Part shown: positions 32,346-41,944 of the stretch, in pieces | Layout: the number at the start of each line of letters is the position of its first letter | How positions within the stretch are numbered: the first letter of the stretch is position 1 | Assembly: GCA_035436995.1 (NCBI GenBank) | Contig: DAOMXG010000001.1 | Span: 1 to 58,023 of the forward strand | DNA: 58,023 bases | Direction of reading: 5' to 3' | Source of the DNA: Beijerinckiaceae bacterium | GTDB lineage: Bacteria; Pseudomonadota; Alphaproteobacteria; Rhizobiales; Beijerinckiaceae | The notes under the pieces: model-generated | The model's database searches: none | What the model saw: only the letters and a program-made list of their open reading frames with translations | Told to the model about the DNA's origin: nothing | Position numbers and translations under genes: made by a program

Positions 32346-32470
32346 AAATGCCTTAAGAGGCTTATATAAATACTATTTGCTATCGATTAGTAATAATAAA
32401 AATGAAATATATGAAAGATTTTTATAGTTTTGAATATTTGAGGCTAGCTTGAATTTGGCCAATATCAAAT
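32320..32470. other. AT-rich island (about 24 % G+C by hand count) between convergent holA and parB
   Basis: About 36 G+C in 150 nt, against neighbouring DNA that is clearly >55 % G+C. There is no ORF >16 codons on either strand. Confidence 0.9.
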
Positions 32471-32525
32471 AAGACCCTCCCAAATAAGACCATCCCAAGT
32501 CACTGGGGGTCGGGAGGGTCTTTGC
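32467..32525. terminator. Tandem 15-mer direct repeat embedded in an 11-bp-stem hairpin (candidate bidirectional terminator for holA and parB)
   Basis: AAATAAGACCCTCCC is followed by AAATAAGACCATCCC. AAGACCCTCCC (32471-32481) pairs with GGGAGGGTCTT (32512-32522). The hairpin is flanked by TTTG on the + strand and ATTTGATATT on the - strand. Confidence 0.55.
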
Positions 32526-32539
32526 AGCTGATCAGAAAA

Positions 32540-33409
32540 TCAAGCCCCACGCAATCGCCGGCACAGCGCATCCAGCTGCTCAAGCGAGCGGTAGCGCACA
32601 GTGAGCGCGCCGCCCTCCCGGCGATGGTCAATCGATACCGGCAGACCGAGGATATCACCAAGCGCCTTTTCCAGGGCCCGGGTGTCGGCGTCCTTTTCCG
32701 GACGGGGGCGGGGTGAAACACCCGTCTCGGCGTCCTCAACCTCCCTTTGGGCCAGGCGCTCGACATCGCGCACCGTCAATCCCTGCGCCAGGACCCGTTT
32801 GGCAATGCCCTCCGGATCGGCCACTGCCAGCAGGGCGCGGCCATGACCTGCCGACAGCTTGCCTTCGCTCAGAAGCGATTTGACGCTGTCGGGCAGGCGC
32901 GACAGGCGCAACGTATTGGCAACATGACTTCGGCTCTTGCCAACGACGCGCGACAAATCGGCCTGGGTGTAGCCGAATTGGGTGAGCAGGCTTTCGTATC
33001 CGCGCGCTTCTTCGAGTGGGTTCAGATCGGCGCGCTGAACGTTTTCGATGATCGCCAGTTCCAGCGCCTGACGATCATCGGCTTCGACAACGAGAATGGG
33101 CACTTCATGCAACCCTGCCCGTTGCGCTGCTCGCCAGCGCCGCTCGCCGGCGATGATCTCAAATTGATCGGGGACGCCGGAGATAGCCCGGACCAGAATG
33201 GGTTGCAGAATTCCCTTTTCGCGGACCGAGGCCGTCAGCTCCTCTATCTCCAGCTCGGTGAACGTTCGGCGCGGATTGTTTGGATTGGCTCGCAGGAAAG
33301 CCACCGAAGCACGCCGCGGCATCCGTTCGGACCGCTCTTCGCCTCCGACATCACCGATCAGCGCTGCCAGTCCGCGCCCTAGCCTTTGTCTGTGAGTTTC
33401 GTCTACCAT
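32540..33409 (-). CDS. parB: Chromosome partitioning protein ParB
   Basis: The start MVDETHRQRLGRGLAALIG is present, as are the ParB-box region GERRWRAA and an HTH. Confidence 0.95.
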   Translation of the reverse strand: MVDETHRQRLGRGLAALIGDVGGEERSERMPRRASVAFLRANPNNPRRTFTELEIEELTASVREKGILQPILVRAISGVPDQFEIIAGERRWRAAQRAGLHEVPILVVEADDRQALELAIIENVQRADLNPLEEARGYESLLTQFGYTQADLSRVVGKSRSHVANTLRLSRLPDSVKSLLSEGKLSAGHGRALLAVADPEGIAKRVLAQGLTVRDVERLAQREVEDAETGVSPRPRPEKDADTRALEKALGDILGLPVSIDHRREGGALTVRYRSLEQLDALCRRLRGA

Positions 33410-33435
33410 TGTTACGCCTATGAATCGGATGGCTG

Positions 33436-34233
33436 TCAGGCTGCTCGCAGCATGCGCTCGCGCTGGATGACTTCGGATGCAAGCTTTAGGTAGGCCTGGC
33501 TGCCTGCACATTTGAGATCGTAGAGCAGGACCGGCTTGCCGTGGGACGGCGCTTCCGAAACCCGCACATTGCGAGGAATGACGGTTTGATAGACCTTGTC
33601 ACCCAGAAACTGCCGAACATCGGAAATCACCTGGTTGGCCAGATTGTTTCGTGGATCAAACATCGTCAGGACGATGCCATGGATGATCAGCCGCGGATTG
33701 AGGCCCTGACGAACCTGATCCACTGTCTTCAGTAACTGGCTCAAGCCTTCAAGGGCAAAGAACTCGCACTGGAGCGGCACCAGCACTGCATCAGCCGCAG
33801 CCATCGCGTTGATCGTCAACAGATTGAATGAGGGCGGGCAATCGATAAGGATATAGCTGAATGGTTCAGCCCGAGCCGATTGATGCTCGGCAATCGCCTC
33901 GCGGAGACGAAGGGCGCGGTCTTTGCGCGAAGCCAGCTCCAGTTCGGCTCCCAGCAGATCAAGCGTTGACGGCGCCAGCGAAACCCGCGGAACGGCGGTT
34001 GCATGGATCGCTTCGCCAAGCGTGATCTCTCCTACCAGCACATCATAGGTCGACTGCCGGCGCTCCTTCTGGGAAATCCCCATGCCGGTGGAAGCATTTC
34101 CCTGCGGATCCAGATCAATAATCAGAACGTTTTCGCCAATCGCAGCAAGCGCCGTCCCGAGATTGATCGTCGTTGTGGTTTTGCCGACGCCGCCCTTCTG
34201 ATTGGCGATGGCGAGAATTCGGGCCTGGGTCAT
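33436..34233 (-). CDS. parA: Chromosome partitioning ATPase ParA
   Basis: Deviant Walker A IANQKGGVGKTTT; 265 aa. Confidence 0.95.
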   Translation of the reverse strand: MTQARILAIANQKGGVGKTTTTINLGTALAAIGENVLIIDLDPQGNASTGMGISQKERRQSTYDVLVGEITLGEAIHATAVPRVSLAPSTLDLLGAELELASRKDRALRLREAIAEHQSARAEPFSYILIDCPPSFNLLTINAMAAADAVLVPLQCEFFALEGLSQLLKTVDQVRQGLNPRLIIHGIVLTMFDPRNNLANQVISDVRQFLGDKVYQTVIPRNVRVSEAPSHGKPVLLYDLKCAGSQAYLKLASEVIQRERMLRAA

Positions 34234-34248
34234 GAGCTTTCAGCAGTC

Positions 34249-34926
34249 CTATGTTCCACTTGGTGGGGTCCGTCGCCTGGCTGAACGGACTTCCAGTATC
34301 CAGGACTCTGCCTCCAGCGCGTGGGCATGGCGGACAAAGTCGATCTCCCAATACTGTGCCGCCTCTGATAGCTCATTGTCCAGATTGCGCCCCTTGAGAA
34401 AGAGCGCTCTCGACCCGCTTTTCAACAGCGGCTCGCACCAATCAAGCAATTGGGTCAGCGGGGCGAGGGCGCGGGCGGTTACAATCTCCGGAACTGGAAG
34501 GCGCGGAAGCCATTGCTCAAGCCGCCCCGTCACAACTTCGGCGGGCAGTTCCAGGGTCTGCTGCACCTTCGTCAGAAAAGCCGTCTTCTTGGCACTGGAA
34601 TCGATCAAAGTGATGCGTCCGATGCCGCGCTCCTTGAGACGGATCGCAATCACCAATCCTGGAAACCCGGCACCCGAGCCAAGATCCATGAATGTCCTGG
34701 CCCTGGGGACCAGATCAGCGATCTGCAACGAATCGAGAAAGTGGCGCGTCCATACCTCCGAGAGCGTTGTCTTGCCAACCAGATTGATTGAACCCTGCCA
34801 GCGCCTCAGCAAGTATTCGTAGCGATCCAGGGCTTCCAGCGTTTCACGTGAAACATCTACCAAGGCGCGAAACCGCTCCCGGTTCCCGCTCGAATCCCTG
34901 TCGACGGCATCGCCCTGACCGTTCAT
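34249..34926 (-). CDS. rsmG: 16S rRNA (guanine527-N7)-methyltransferase RsmG (GidB)
   Basis: SAM-binding [11 protein letters not shown]. The ATG overlaps the mnmG stop (ATGA). Confidence 0.9.
   Translation of the reverse strand: MNGQGDAVDRDSSGNRERFRALVDVSRETLEALDRYEYLLRRWQGSINLVGKTTLSEVWTRHFLDSLQIADLVPRARTFMDLGSGAGFPGLVIAIRLKERGIGRITLIDSSAKKTAFLTKVQQTLELPAEVVTGRLEQWLPRLPVPEIVTARALAPLTQLLDWCEPLLKSGSRALFLKGRNLDNELSEAAQYWEIDFVRHAHALEAESWILEVRSARRRTPPSGT
34840..34855. promoter_or_regulatory. parS centromere-like site (15/16 match) inside rsmG
   Basis: cGTTTCACGTGAAACA versus the consensus TGTTTCACGTGAAACA. Confidence 0.8.
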
Positions 34927-36833
34927 TGCCGACCCTCGTGCCCGCAACCGCCCGATGATGGCCCTGTAAAACGCGACGGTTCCCACCGTCGCGCGTGCGC
35001 GCAGACCAGAGCAAGAGCCGCTGGTGTCATGCCTTCTATGCGGCTGGCCTGCTCAATGGAACGGGGGCGAATCATGGTGAGCTTCGACGCCAGCTCGCTC
35101 GACAGCCCTGGCAGGCCCCGGTAGTCCAGCGCGTCCGGGATGGCGATGGCACGATCTCGTTCGATCCGCTCCAGTTCCTGTTTCTGGCGCCCGAGATAGA
35201 CCGCATAGCGCGCATCGACACTGACGGCCTCGCGCACGTCACACTCAATTTGGTGCAGCTCCGGCCACACGTCTGTGAGCCGCGCGATGTCAATGCCCGG
35301 AAGGCTGAGCAGATCATAGGCCGATCGACGGACGCCGTCCTGTTTGATGTCAAGCCCCGCAGCCCGGGCAGCATTCGGGGTGATGGTGCAGGCCTCTAAT
35401 ACCTTCGTAGCCGAATCGAATTTTTGCGCCCAGATCTCGAATGCCTCCTTCCGTTGTTTCCCGACACAGCCGAGCGACAAACCAATCGGCGTCAGCCGCC
35501 GGTCGGCATTGTCAGACCGCAGTGACAGCCGGAACTCCGCGCGCGACGTGAACACGCGGTAGGGCTCTGTGACGCCCCTTGTGACCAAATCGTCAATCAT
35601 GACGCCGATATATGATCCCTCTCGTTCGAGCACCGCGCTGTCCCGGCCCCCGGCAACCAAGGCGGCATTGAGACCGGCCACAACACCTTGAGCCGCAGCT
35701 TCTTCATAACCGGTCGTTCCATTGATCTGCCCGGCAAGGAAGAGTCGGGGCAGACGCTTGCACTGGAGATCAGCTGTCAATTCCCGCGGGTCAATGAAAT
35801 CATACTCGATCGCATATCCGAACTGCCGGATGACAGCGCGTTCCAACCCGGGGATCGAGGCGATCATCGCTGCTTGGACGTCTTCCGGAAGCGATGTTGA
35901 CAACCCATTGGGATAGACCAGATCGCTGCAGATCCCTTCCGGCTCGAGAAAGATCTGATGCCCCTCGCGGTCGCCGAAGCGGACTATCTTGTCTTCGATC
36001 GACGGACAATAGCGCGGTCCCCTCCCGGAGATCTGGCCCGAATACATCGCTGAACGACCCAGATTGCCTTGGATCAGGGCATGCGTATCGGCGCCGGTAC
36101 GGGTAATGCCACAGGCGACCTGCTCCCCGCTGATAGACGGCGTCAGGAAGGAAAACGGCACAGGCTCTGCATCGCCGTGCTGAAGCTCCAGACGGTCCCA
36201 GGCAATACTGCCCCGATCAAGCCGAGGCGGCGTACCGGTCTTCAAACGTCCCAGCTTCAGGCCCAAATGCTCGAAGCGCCTGGACAAGGCATTCGCCGCT
36301 TCTTCGCCGATGCGCCCACCGGACTGCCGACTTTGCCCAACATGGATCGTGCCGCGCAGAAACGTTCCGGTAGTAATCACCACCGCGCCGCACCTCAGGA
36401 GGCGCCCATCGCTGAGCACGACACCTGCCGCAACACCATCACTGATCACGAGATCGGCGACTTCCCCCTCAATGACCGTGAGGCCGTCGATGGCTGCGAC
36501 GGCCTCTGTCATGGCTCTCTGATATCGCCGCCGGTCGGCTTGTGCCCTCAACCCCTGAACTGCCGGGCCCTTGCGCCGGTTCAGCACGCGGAACTGGATG
36601 CCGGCCGCATCGGCAATCCTGCCCATCAGCCCATCCAGCGCGTCGATCTCGCGCACGAGCTGGCCCTTGCCCAAACCACCGATGGCGGGATTGCACGACA
36701 TCACCCCGAGATTGTCCCGGCGCAGGGTAACCAATGCCGTGGCAGCGCCCATGCGGGCGGCAGCGGCAGCGGCTTCTGTGCCCGCGTGCCCCCCCCCGAC
36801 GACAAGGACATCGAACGTCTGATTTGTACTCAT
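34923..36833 (-). CDS. mnmG: tRNA uridine 5-carboxymethylaminomethyl modification enzyme MnmG (GidA)
   Basis: The start [21 protein letters not shown] is present; about 636 aa. Confidence 0.95.
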   Translation of the reverse strand: MSTNQTFDVLVVGGGHAGTEAAAAAARMGAATALVTLRRDNLGVMSCNPAIGGLGKGQLVREIDALDGLMGRIADAAGIQFRVLNRRKGPAVQGLRAQADRRRYQRAMTEAVAAIDGLTVIEGEVADLVISDGVAAGVVLSDGRLLRCGAVVITTGTFLRGTIHVGQSRQSGGRIGEEAANALSRRFEHLGLKLGRLKTGTPPRLDRGSIAWDRLELQHGDAEPVPFSFLTPSISGEQVACGITRTGADTHALIQGNLGRSAMYSGQISGRGPRYCPSIEDKIVRFGDREGHQIFLEPEGICSDLVYPNGLSTSLPEDVQAAMIASIPGLERAVIRQFGYAIEYDFIDPRELTADLQCKRLPRLFLAGQINGTTGYEEAAAQGVVAGLNAALVAGGRDSAVLEREGSYIGVMIDDLVTRGVTEPYRVFTSRAEFRLSLRSDNADRRLTPIGLSLGCVGKQRKEAFEIWAQKFDSATKVLEACTITPNAARAAGLDIKQDGVRRSAYDLLSLPGIDIARLTDVWPELHQIECDVREAVSVDARYAVYLGRQKQELERIERDRAIAIPDALDYRGLPGLSSELASKLTMIRPRSIEQASRIEGMTPAALALVCAHARRWEPSRFTGPSSGGCGHEGRQ

Positions 36834-36912
36834 GGTCCCGTCCATACGCTCCTGACCTCGGATCGTCAAAATCTGCCGATGGCAATCCTAATGTTTCGGA
36901 ATCGACTCGAAA

Positions 36913-36928
36913 TGTTTCACGTGAAACA
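36913..36928. promoter_or_regulatory. parS centromere-like site (perfect 16-bp palindrome)
   Basis: TGTTTCACGTGAAACA ends 1 nt before the mnmE stop codon, in the mnmE-mnmG spacer. Confidence 0.88.
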
Positions 36929-38245
36929 CTACTTCCCGATGCAAAACCGGCTGTAGATCGCACCCAAAACGTCATCGACCTCGATCCTACCGACCAGCCG
37001 ATCAAGTTCGACACTCGCCTGCCGAAGATCTTCTGCCACAAACTCAATCCCCAACCCCGCCTGTCTTGCCCGACCCAGGCAGGCGAGGGCGGCTTCAATC
37101 CGCAACCGCTGCCGCGTTCGTGTCACCAGGGCCACATCGGTGCGTCCAACCAGCACCTCGACCGCGCGCTTAAGTGCGCCGAGCAACTCATCGCACCCCC
37201 CTGGTGCAACCGTTGACACCCGACACCAGGCGGAAAACGGCGCCTCCCCGAGATCCGCCTTCGACGCAACAACCCGGACATCACCACGAAATTCGACGGG
37301 CAACTCGCGGACGTCGTCAACCGGTTGCAGCCACAGCACCAGGTCCGCTTCCCTGGCTGCCTGCCTGCTCCGCCTATTTCCCTCCTGTTCGATCTTGTCC
37401 GCACTGTCGCGCAGACCGGCCGTATCCGAGACGATCACTGGAATCCCATCGAGGTCGAGATGGATATCGATGCGGTCCCGGGTCGTCCCCGGAACCTCTG
37501 AAACGATCGCAACATCGCGTCTGGCAAGGGCATTCAACACACTGGACTTGCCGGCATTCGGCCGGCCGATGATGGCTACGCGGACGCCACCCCGTATTCT
37601 CTCTCCACCTGCGGCAGTCGCCAGCGCCCGCTTCAATTCCCCAATAAGCGCGTCAACAGCCCGTTCCATATCCGAATCGAGTCGTTCGGCGACATCACCC
37701 TCGTCCGAGAAATCGATCTCTACCGCAACAGCCGCCATCACCTCGATCAAACTGCACCGCCAGCCCTCCACGACATCGCGCAGCGCACTGCCGCCACCTT
37801 CAATGGCTTGCACCCGCTGTCGCTCCGTCTCTGCATCGATCAGATCGGCCAGCCCTTCGAGATCCAGCAGGTCCATCTTTCCGTTGAACACGGCCCGCCG
37901 TGCGAACTCTCCCGGCTCCGCCATTCTCAGCCCCGGGAGCGATCCCAGCGCCCTGAGCATCGCCGCAACGACAGCCGGCCCCCCGTGGCAATGCAACTCG
38001 CCCACATCTTCGCCGGTCTGGCTGTTCGGTCCGGAAAAGAACAAAACAATCCCACGATCGAGAACGCCGCCGGTTTTCGGGTCCCTGATCGACCGCAAGC
38101 GGGCCGATTGAACCGAAGGGACCGACCCGCAAAGCGTTTCGAGCGCGAATCGAACCTGCGGCCCAGACAGCCTGACTATTGCAACCGCGCTGCGACCCTG
38201 TCCCGAACTCAATGCAAAGATCGTGTCTGCCCGATCCAGCCCCAT
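36929..38245 (-). CDS. mnmE: tRNA modification GTPase MnmE (TrmE)
   Basis: DTIFALSSGQGRSAVAIVRLSG, G1 motif GRPNAGKSS, and C-terminal FCIGK. Confidence 0.95.
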   Translation of the reverse strand: MGLDRADTIFALSSGQGRSAVAIVRLSGPQVRFALETLCGSVPSVQSARLRSIRDPKTGGVLDRGIVLFFSGPNSQTGEDVGELHCHGGPAVVAAMLRALGSLPGLRMAEPGEFARRAVFNGKMDLLDLEGLADLIDAETERQRVQAIEGGGSALRDVVEGWRCSLIEVMAAVAVEIDFSDEGDVAERLDSDMERAVDALIGELKRALATAAGGERIRGGVRVAIIGRPNAGKSSVLNALARRDVAIVSEVPGTTRDRIDIHLDLDGIPVIVSDTAGLRDSADKIEQEGNRRSRQAAREADLVLWLQPVDDVRELPVEFRGDVRVVASKADLGEAPFSAWCRVSTVAPGGCDELLGALKRAVEVLVGRTDVALVTRTRQRLRIEAALACLGRARQAGLGIEFVAEDLRQASVELDRLVGRIEVDDVLGAIYSRFCIGK

Positions 38246-38302
38246 CCCTGCTTTCCCTTCTCGTCACTTTGATCTAGCGTGACCATCAACCACAGAGGTC
38301 CC

Positions 38303-40318
38303 ATGGCTCCAAATCGGCTTGCACAGGCCCTCAGCCCATACCTGCTCCAGCATTCTGGCAATCCGGTTGACTGGTGGCCATGGCGCACCGACGCTTTCGA
38401 GCTAGCCCGCCAAACCCAGCGTCCCGTCTTTCTCTCTATCGGCTACGCGGCATGCCATTGGTGCCACGTCATGGCTCACGAAAGCTTCGAGGATCCGGAA
38501 ACCGCGGCGCTCATGAATGAGCTTTTCGTCAACGTCAAGGTTGATCGTGAAGAGCGCCCTGACATCGATCAGATCTATATGGCCGCCCTGCATGCGCTCG
38601 GGCAACAGGGAGGTTGGCCGCTTTCGATGTTCCTGACACCGGACGGCCAGCCATTCTGGGGCGGCACATATTTTCCCAAAACACGCCGCTATGGCCAGCC
38701 AGCGTTTTCCGAGGTGCTGCGATCCGTCGCCAGAGCCTACCATGCCAACCCCGACACCATCAGAAACAACACCGAGGCCCTGATTGCCTCCCTCGCCGCC
38801 GCTCCCGCCGAAGCCGGCACAATCCCGCCGCCCGATCGCCTTGTGACCATCGCCCGGGCAATCGCCGGGCATTTCGATCCGCTTCATGGAGGTCTTGCCG
38901 GCGCGCCAAAATTCCCCAATGCACCTGTTCTCGACCTCATTAGCCGTGCGGCCACTGCCTCCAAAGATCCTGCCCTGTTGACGCCGGTCCTGACCACGCT
39001 TGAACGGATGGTCCGCGGCGGCCTGTTCGATCAGATCGGCGGCGGCTTTCACCGCTATAGCGTCGATGCGGCGTGGCTGGTGCCGCATTTCGAAAAGATG
39101 CTCTACGATACCGCGCAGCTGCTGCCCATCCTGGCGATGACCGGTCGCAGCACAGCCTCCGAATTATTGCTCAAGGCTGCCGATCGCTGCGTTGAATGGC
39201 TCAAACGCGACATGATTGCTCCTCAGGGTGGCTTCATCTCCAGTCTGGACGCCGACAGCCTCACTCCCGATGGTCATCGGGAAGAGGGCGCCTATTACAC
39301 CTGGACGCCCGATGAGGTCACAGCAGTGCTTGGCCCGGCCGCTGCCCCGCTGTGCAAAGCCTTTGACATCATGTCGCCTGGCAATTTCGACGGCCGCTCC
39401 ATCCCCAACCGCCTCGGCCGGACGGGCCTTCATCCGCCCGCGTCAGACAATCATGATGTCGCCCTTGACGCCCTGCTCGCTGCCCGCCTGCTCCGCCCGC
39501 CGCCGCCGCGCGATGACAAGGTTCTGGCCGACTGGAACGGTATGATGATCACTGGCCTTGCGAGGGCCGCCGACAAGCTCGATCATCCGGACTGGCGCAA
39601 GCTTGCGACCAGTGCCTATCGCGCCACCGTTGAACTGCTTGAGCCCAATGGCAACCTCCGCCATGTCTGGCGCGGCAAGCCAAGCGTCGGACCATGCTTT
39701 GCCAGCGATCTTGCGTCGATGGCGTTGGCCGCCACAGCCCTGCACGAGTCAACCGGCGATTTGAACTATATCCCCGACGCCGAACGCTGGCTGACAACCC
39801 TGATCACCGATTACCGCTTGCCATCCGGACGCCTTGCACTGACCGCCCGCTCCGCCGAACCGTTGATCCACCGCCCTCAGTCAACCCAGGACGATGCAGT
39901 GCCCAACCACCATGCCCTTGCGATCGAGGCCATGATCCGTCTCGGTGCTCAGACCGGCGACCTATTCTGGCATCAGCGGGCGTCAAGCCTGATGTCGGCG
40001 GTGTCAGAGGCCATGCTCGACAACCCCTATGGCCACGCTTCGCTGCTCTCGATGGTCGACTTTGCCACGCGCCGCTGTGACATCCTGGTGGCCGGTCAGA
40101 TCGATGCAGCCTTTGCCGCTGCCATTCGCGCTGTTCCGTATCCGAATCGAACAATCCGTTTCCTCACAGCAGCGCAAGCAGCGGCCCATCCGCTGACCGC
40201 AGCCCTTCCCTGTCCCGACCAACCCAATGTCCTGATCTGCCTAGCAGATCGTTGCCTGCCGATGGCGACAACATTACCCGAATTCCGTGATCGCCTCGCA
40301 ACAGCCGGCTGGCTCTGA
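38303..40318 (+). CDS. Thioredoxin-domain (DUF255/YyaL-like) protein with C-terminal six-hairpin glycosidase-like region
   Basis: SPYLLQHSGNPVDWWPW...FLSIGYAACHWCHVM is present. The start is ATG 38303 or GTG 38279. Confidence 0.85.
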   Translation: MAPNRLAQALSPYLLQHSGNPVDWWPWRTDAFELARQTQRPVFLSIGYAACHWCHVMAHESFEDPETAALMNELFVNVKVDREERPDIDQIYMAALHALGQQGGWPLSMFLTPDGQPFWGGTYFPKTRRYGQPAFSEVLRSVARAYHANPDTIRNNTEALIASLAAAPAEAGTIPPPDRLVTIARAIAGHFDPLHGGLAGAPKFPNAPVLDLISRAATASKDPALLTPVLTTLERMVRGGLFDQIGGGFHRYSVDAAWLVPHFEKMLYDTAQLLPILAMTGRSTASELLLKAADRCVEWLKRDMIAPQGGFISSLDADSLTPDGHREEGAYYTWTPDEVTAVLGPAAAPLCKAFDIMSPGNFDGRSIPNRLGRTGLHPPASDNHDVALDALLAARLLRPPPPRDDKVLADWNGMMITGLARAADKLDHPDWRKLATSAYRATVELLEPNGNLRHVWRGKPSVGPCFASDLASMALAATALHESTGDLNYIPDAERWLTTLITDYRLPSGRLALTARSAEPLIHRPQSTQDDAVPNHHALAIEAMIRLGAQTGDLFWHQRASSLMSAVSEAMLDNPYGHASLLSMVDFATRRCDILVAGQIDAAFAAAIRAVPYPNRTIRFLTAAQAAAHPLTAALPCPDQPNVLICLADRCLPMATTLPEFRDRLATAGWL

Positions 40319-41590
40319 TCAATCACGCGTATTCATCGAATCGAAGAATTCGGAGTTCTGCTTGGTCTTGGTCAGCTTGTCGAGCAGGAACTCGATGGCG
40401 TCGACCGTGCCCATCGGGTTGAGGATACGCCTGAGCACATACATCCGCTTGAGAATATCCTGGGGAACCAGCAGTTCCTCCTTGCGCGTGCCCGACCGGG
40501 TAATGTCGATCGCTGGAAAGACGCGTTTGTCGGAGACCTTGCGGTCGAGGATGATTTCCGAATTGCCGGTGCCCTTGAACTCTTCGAAGATCACTTCGTC
40601 CATGCGGCTGCCGGTATCGATGAGCGCTGTCGAGATGATGGTCAGTGACCCACCCTCTTCGATGTTGCGCGCAGCACCAAAGAACCGCTTGGGCCGCTGC
40701 AGGGCGTTGGCATCGACACCGCCGGTCAACACCTTGCCCGACGAGGGGACCACGGTGTTGTAGGCCCGGCCTAGTCTGGTGATCGAATCGAGCAGAATGA
40801 CGACGTCACGACCATGCTCGACCAGCCGTTTGGCTTTCTCGATGACCATTTCCGCCACGGCAACATGGCGCGTCGCCGGCTCATCGAAGGTCGAGGAGAT
40901 CACCTCGCCCTTCACCGAGCGCTGCATGTCGGTCACTTCTTCCGGCCGCTCGTCGATCAGCAGCACGATGAGATAGCACTCAGGATGATTGTGGGTGATG
41001 GACTTGGCGATGTTCTGCAACAGGACCGTCTTGCCGGTGCGCGGCGGCGCCACGATCAGCGCGCGTTGGCCCTTGCCGATCGGAGACACAATGTCGATGA
41101 CCCGCGCCGACATGTCCTTCTTTGTCGGGTCCTCGATCTCAAGCTTGAGCCGCTGCTCCGGATAGAGCGGGGTCAGATTGTCGAAATGGACCTTGTGCCG
41201 CGCCTTCTCCGGGTCCTCGAAATTGATCTTGTTGACCTTGAGCAGCGCGAAATACCGTTCCCCATCGCGTGGCGAACGGATCTGCCCCTCGACCGTATCG
41301 CCGGTTCGCAACGCGAAACGCCGGATCTGGGAAGGCGAGATATAGATGTCATCAGGGCCGGCCAGATAATTGGCATCGGGCGAGCGCAGGAAGCCGAACC
41401 CGTCCTGCAGCACCTCGACAACGCCTTCGCCGATGATTTCCGTCTCCCGCGCCGCAAGCTGCTTGAGAATGGCAAACATCAGTTCCTGCTTGCGCATCGT
41501 GCTCGCGCCTTCGACCTCCACCTCTTCGGCAAAGGTCAGGAGCTCGGTCGGAGACTTGGCTTTCAGCTCCTGAAGCTTGATTTCCCTCAT
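40319..41590 (-). CDS. rho: Transcription termination factor Rho
   Basis: The start [18 protein letters not shown] is present, with an RNA-binding domain and Walker A PPRTGKT; 423 aa. The ORF-track start at 41656 is an extension. Confidence 0.96.
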   Translation of the reverse strand: MREIKLQELKAKSPTELLTFAEEVEVEGASTMRKQELMFAILKQLAARETEIIGEGVVEVLQDGFGFLRSPDANYLAGPDDIYISPSQIRRFALRTGDTVEGQIRSPRDGERYFALLKVNKINFEDPEKARHKVHFDNLTPLYPEQRLKLEIEDPTKKDMSARVIDIVSPIGKGQRALIVAPPRTGKTVLLQNIAKSITHNHPECYLIVLLIDERPEEVTDMQRSVKGEVISSTFDEPATRHVAVAEMVIEKAKRLVEHGRDVVILLDSITRLGRAYNTVVPSSGKVLTGGVDANALQRPKRFFGAARNIEEGGSLTIISTALIDTGSRMDEVIFEEFKGTGNSEIILDRKVSDKRVFPAIDITRSGTRKEELLVPQDILKRMYVLRRILNPMGTVDAIEFLLDKLTKTKQNSEFFDSMNTRD

Positions 41591-41944
41591 GGGTTGTCCT
41601 TCAGACAATCTTTCGGCGTCGTTACGTTCAGGACTATGCCCGCAAGGCCAGAACACATTCGTCCGAATTGAGACGGTCTGCGGACAGACGGCAATCCGCA
41701 GAAAGGGGGATCGCCATCACTCTTCGTTGCGCTGCCATAACGGGTTTTGCCGAACCGGACAAGCCTCATGCAGCCATTCACGCCAACCCAATTGCCTCAC
41801 CCCTCAAACCTCAGCAAGCCAATATTTGCATATTTGCAAAGGCTCTCTTGCAAAGCCAGAATTCGCTTGCCATTTCCCCCGCAGAATTTGCCGTTAAATT
41901 CGCCTTTCGTCGCAGATAACCATACCAACCTAGGGAGCCCGCCC

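Noticed and set aside
32402-32452. 16-codon ORF (MKYMKDFYSFEYLRLA) inside the AT-rich island
   Set aside because: There is no Shine-Dalgarno sequence. Its codon usage is completely unlike the host, and an ORF of this length is expected by chance in AT-rich DNA.
36789-36797. C9/G9 homopolymer inside mnmG as a possible phase-variation tract
   Set aside because: It encodes the conserved GGG of the FAD-binding VVGGGHAG motif in an essential-type housekeeping gene, and the frame is intact.
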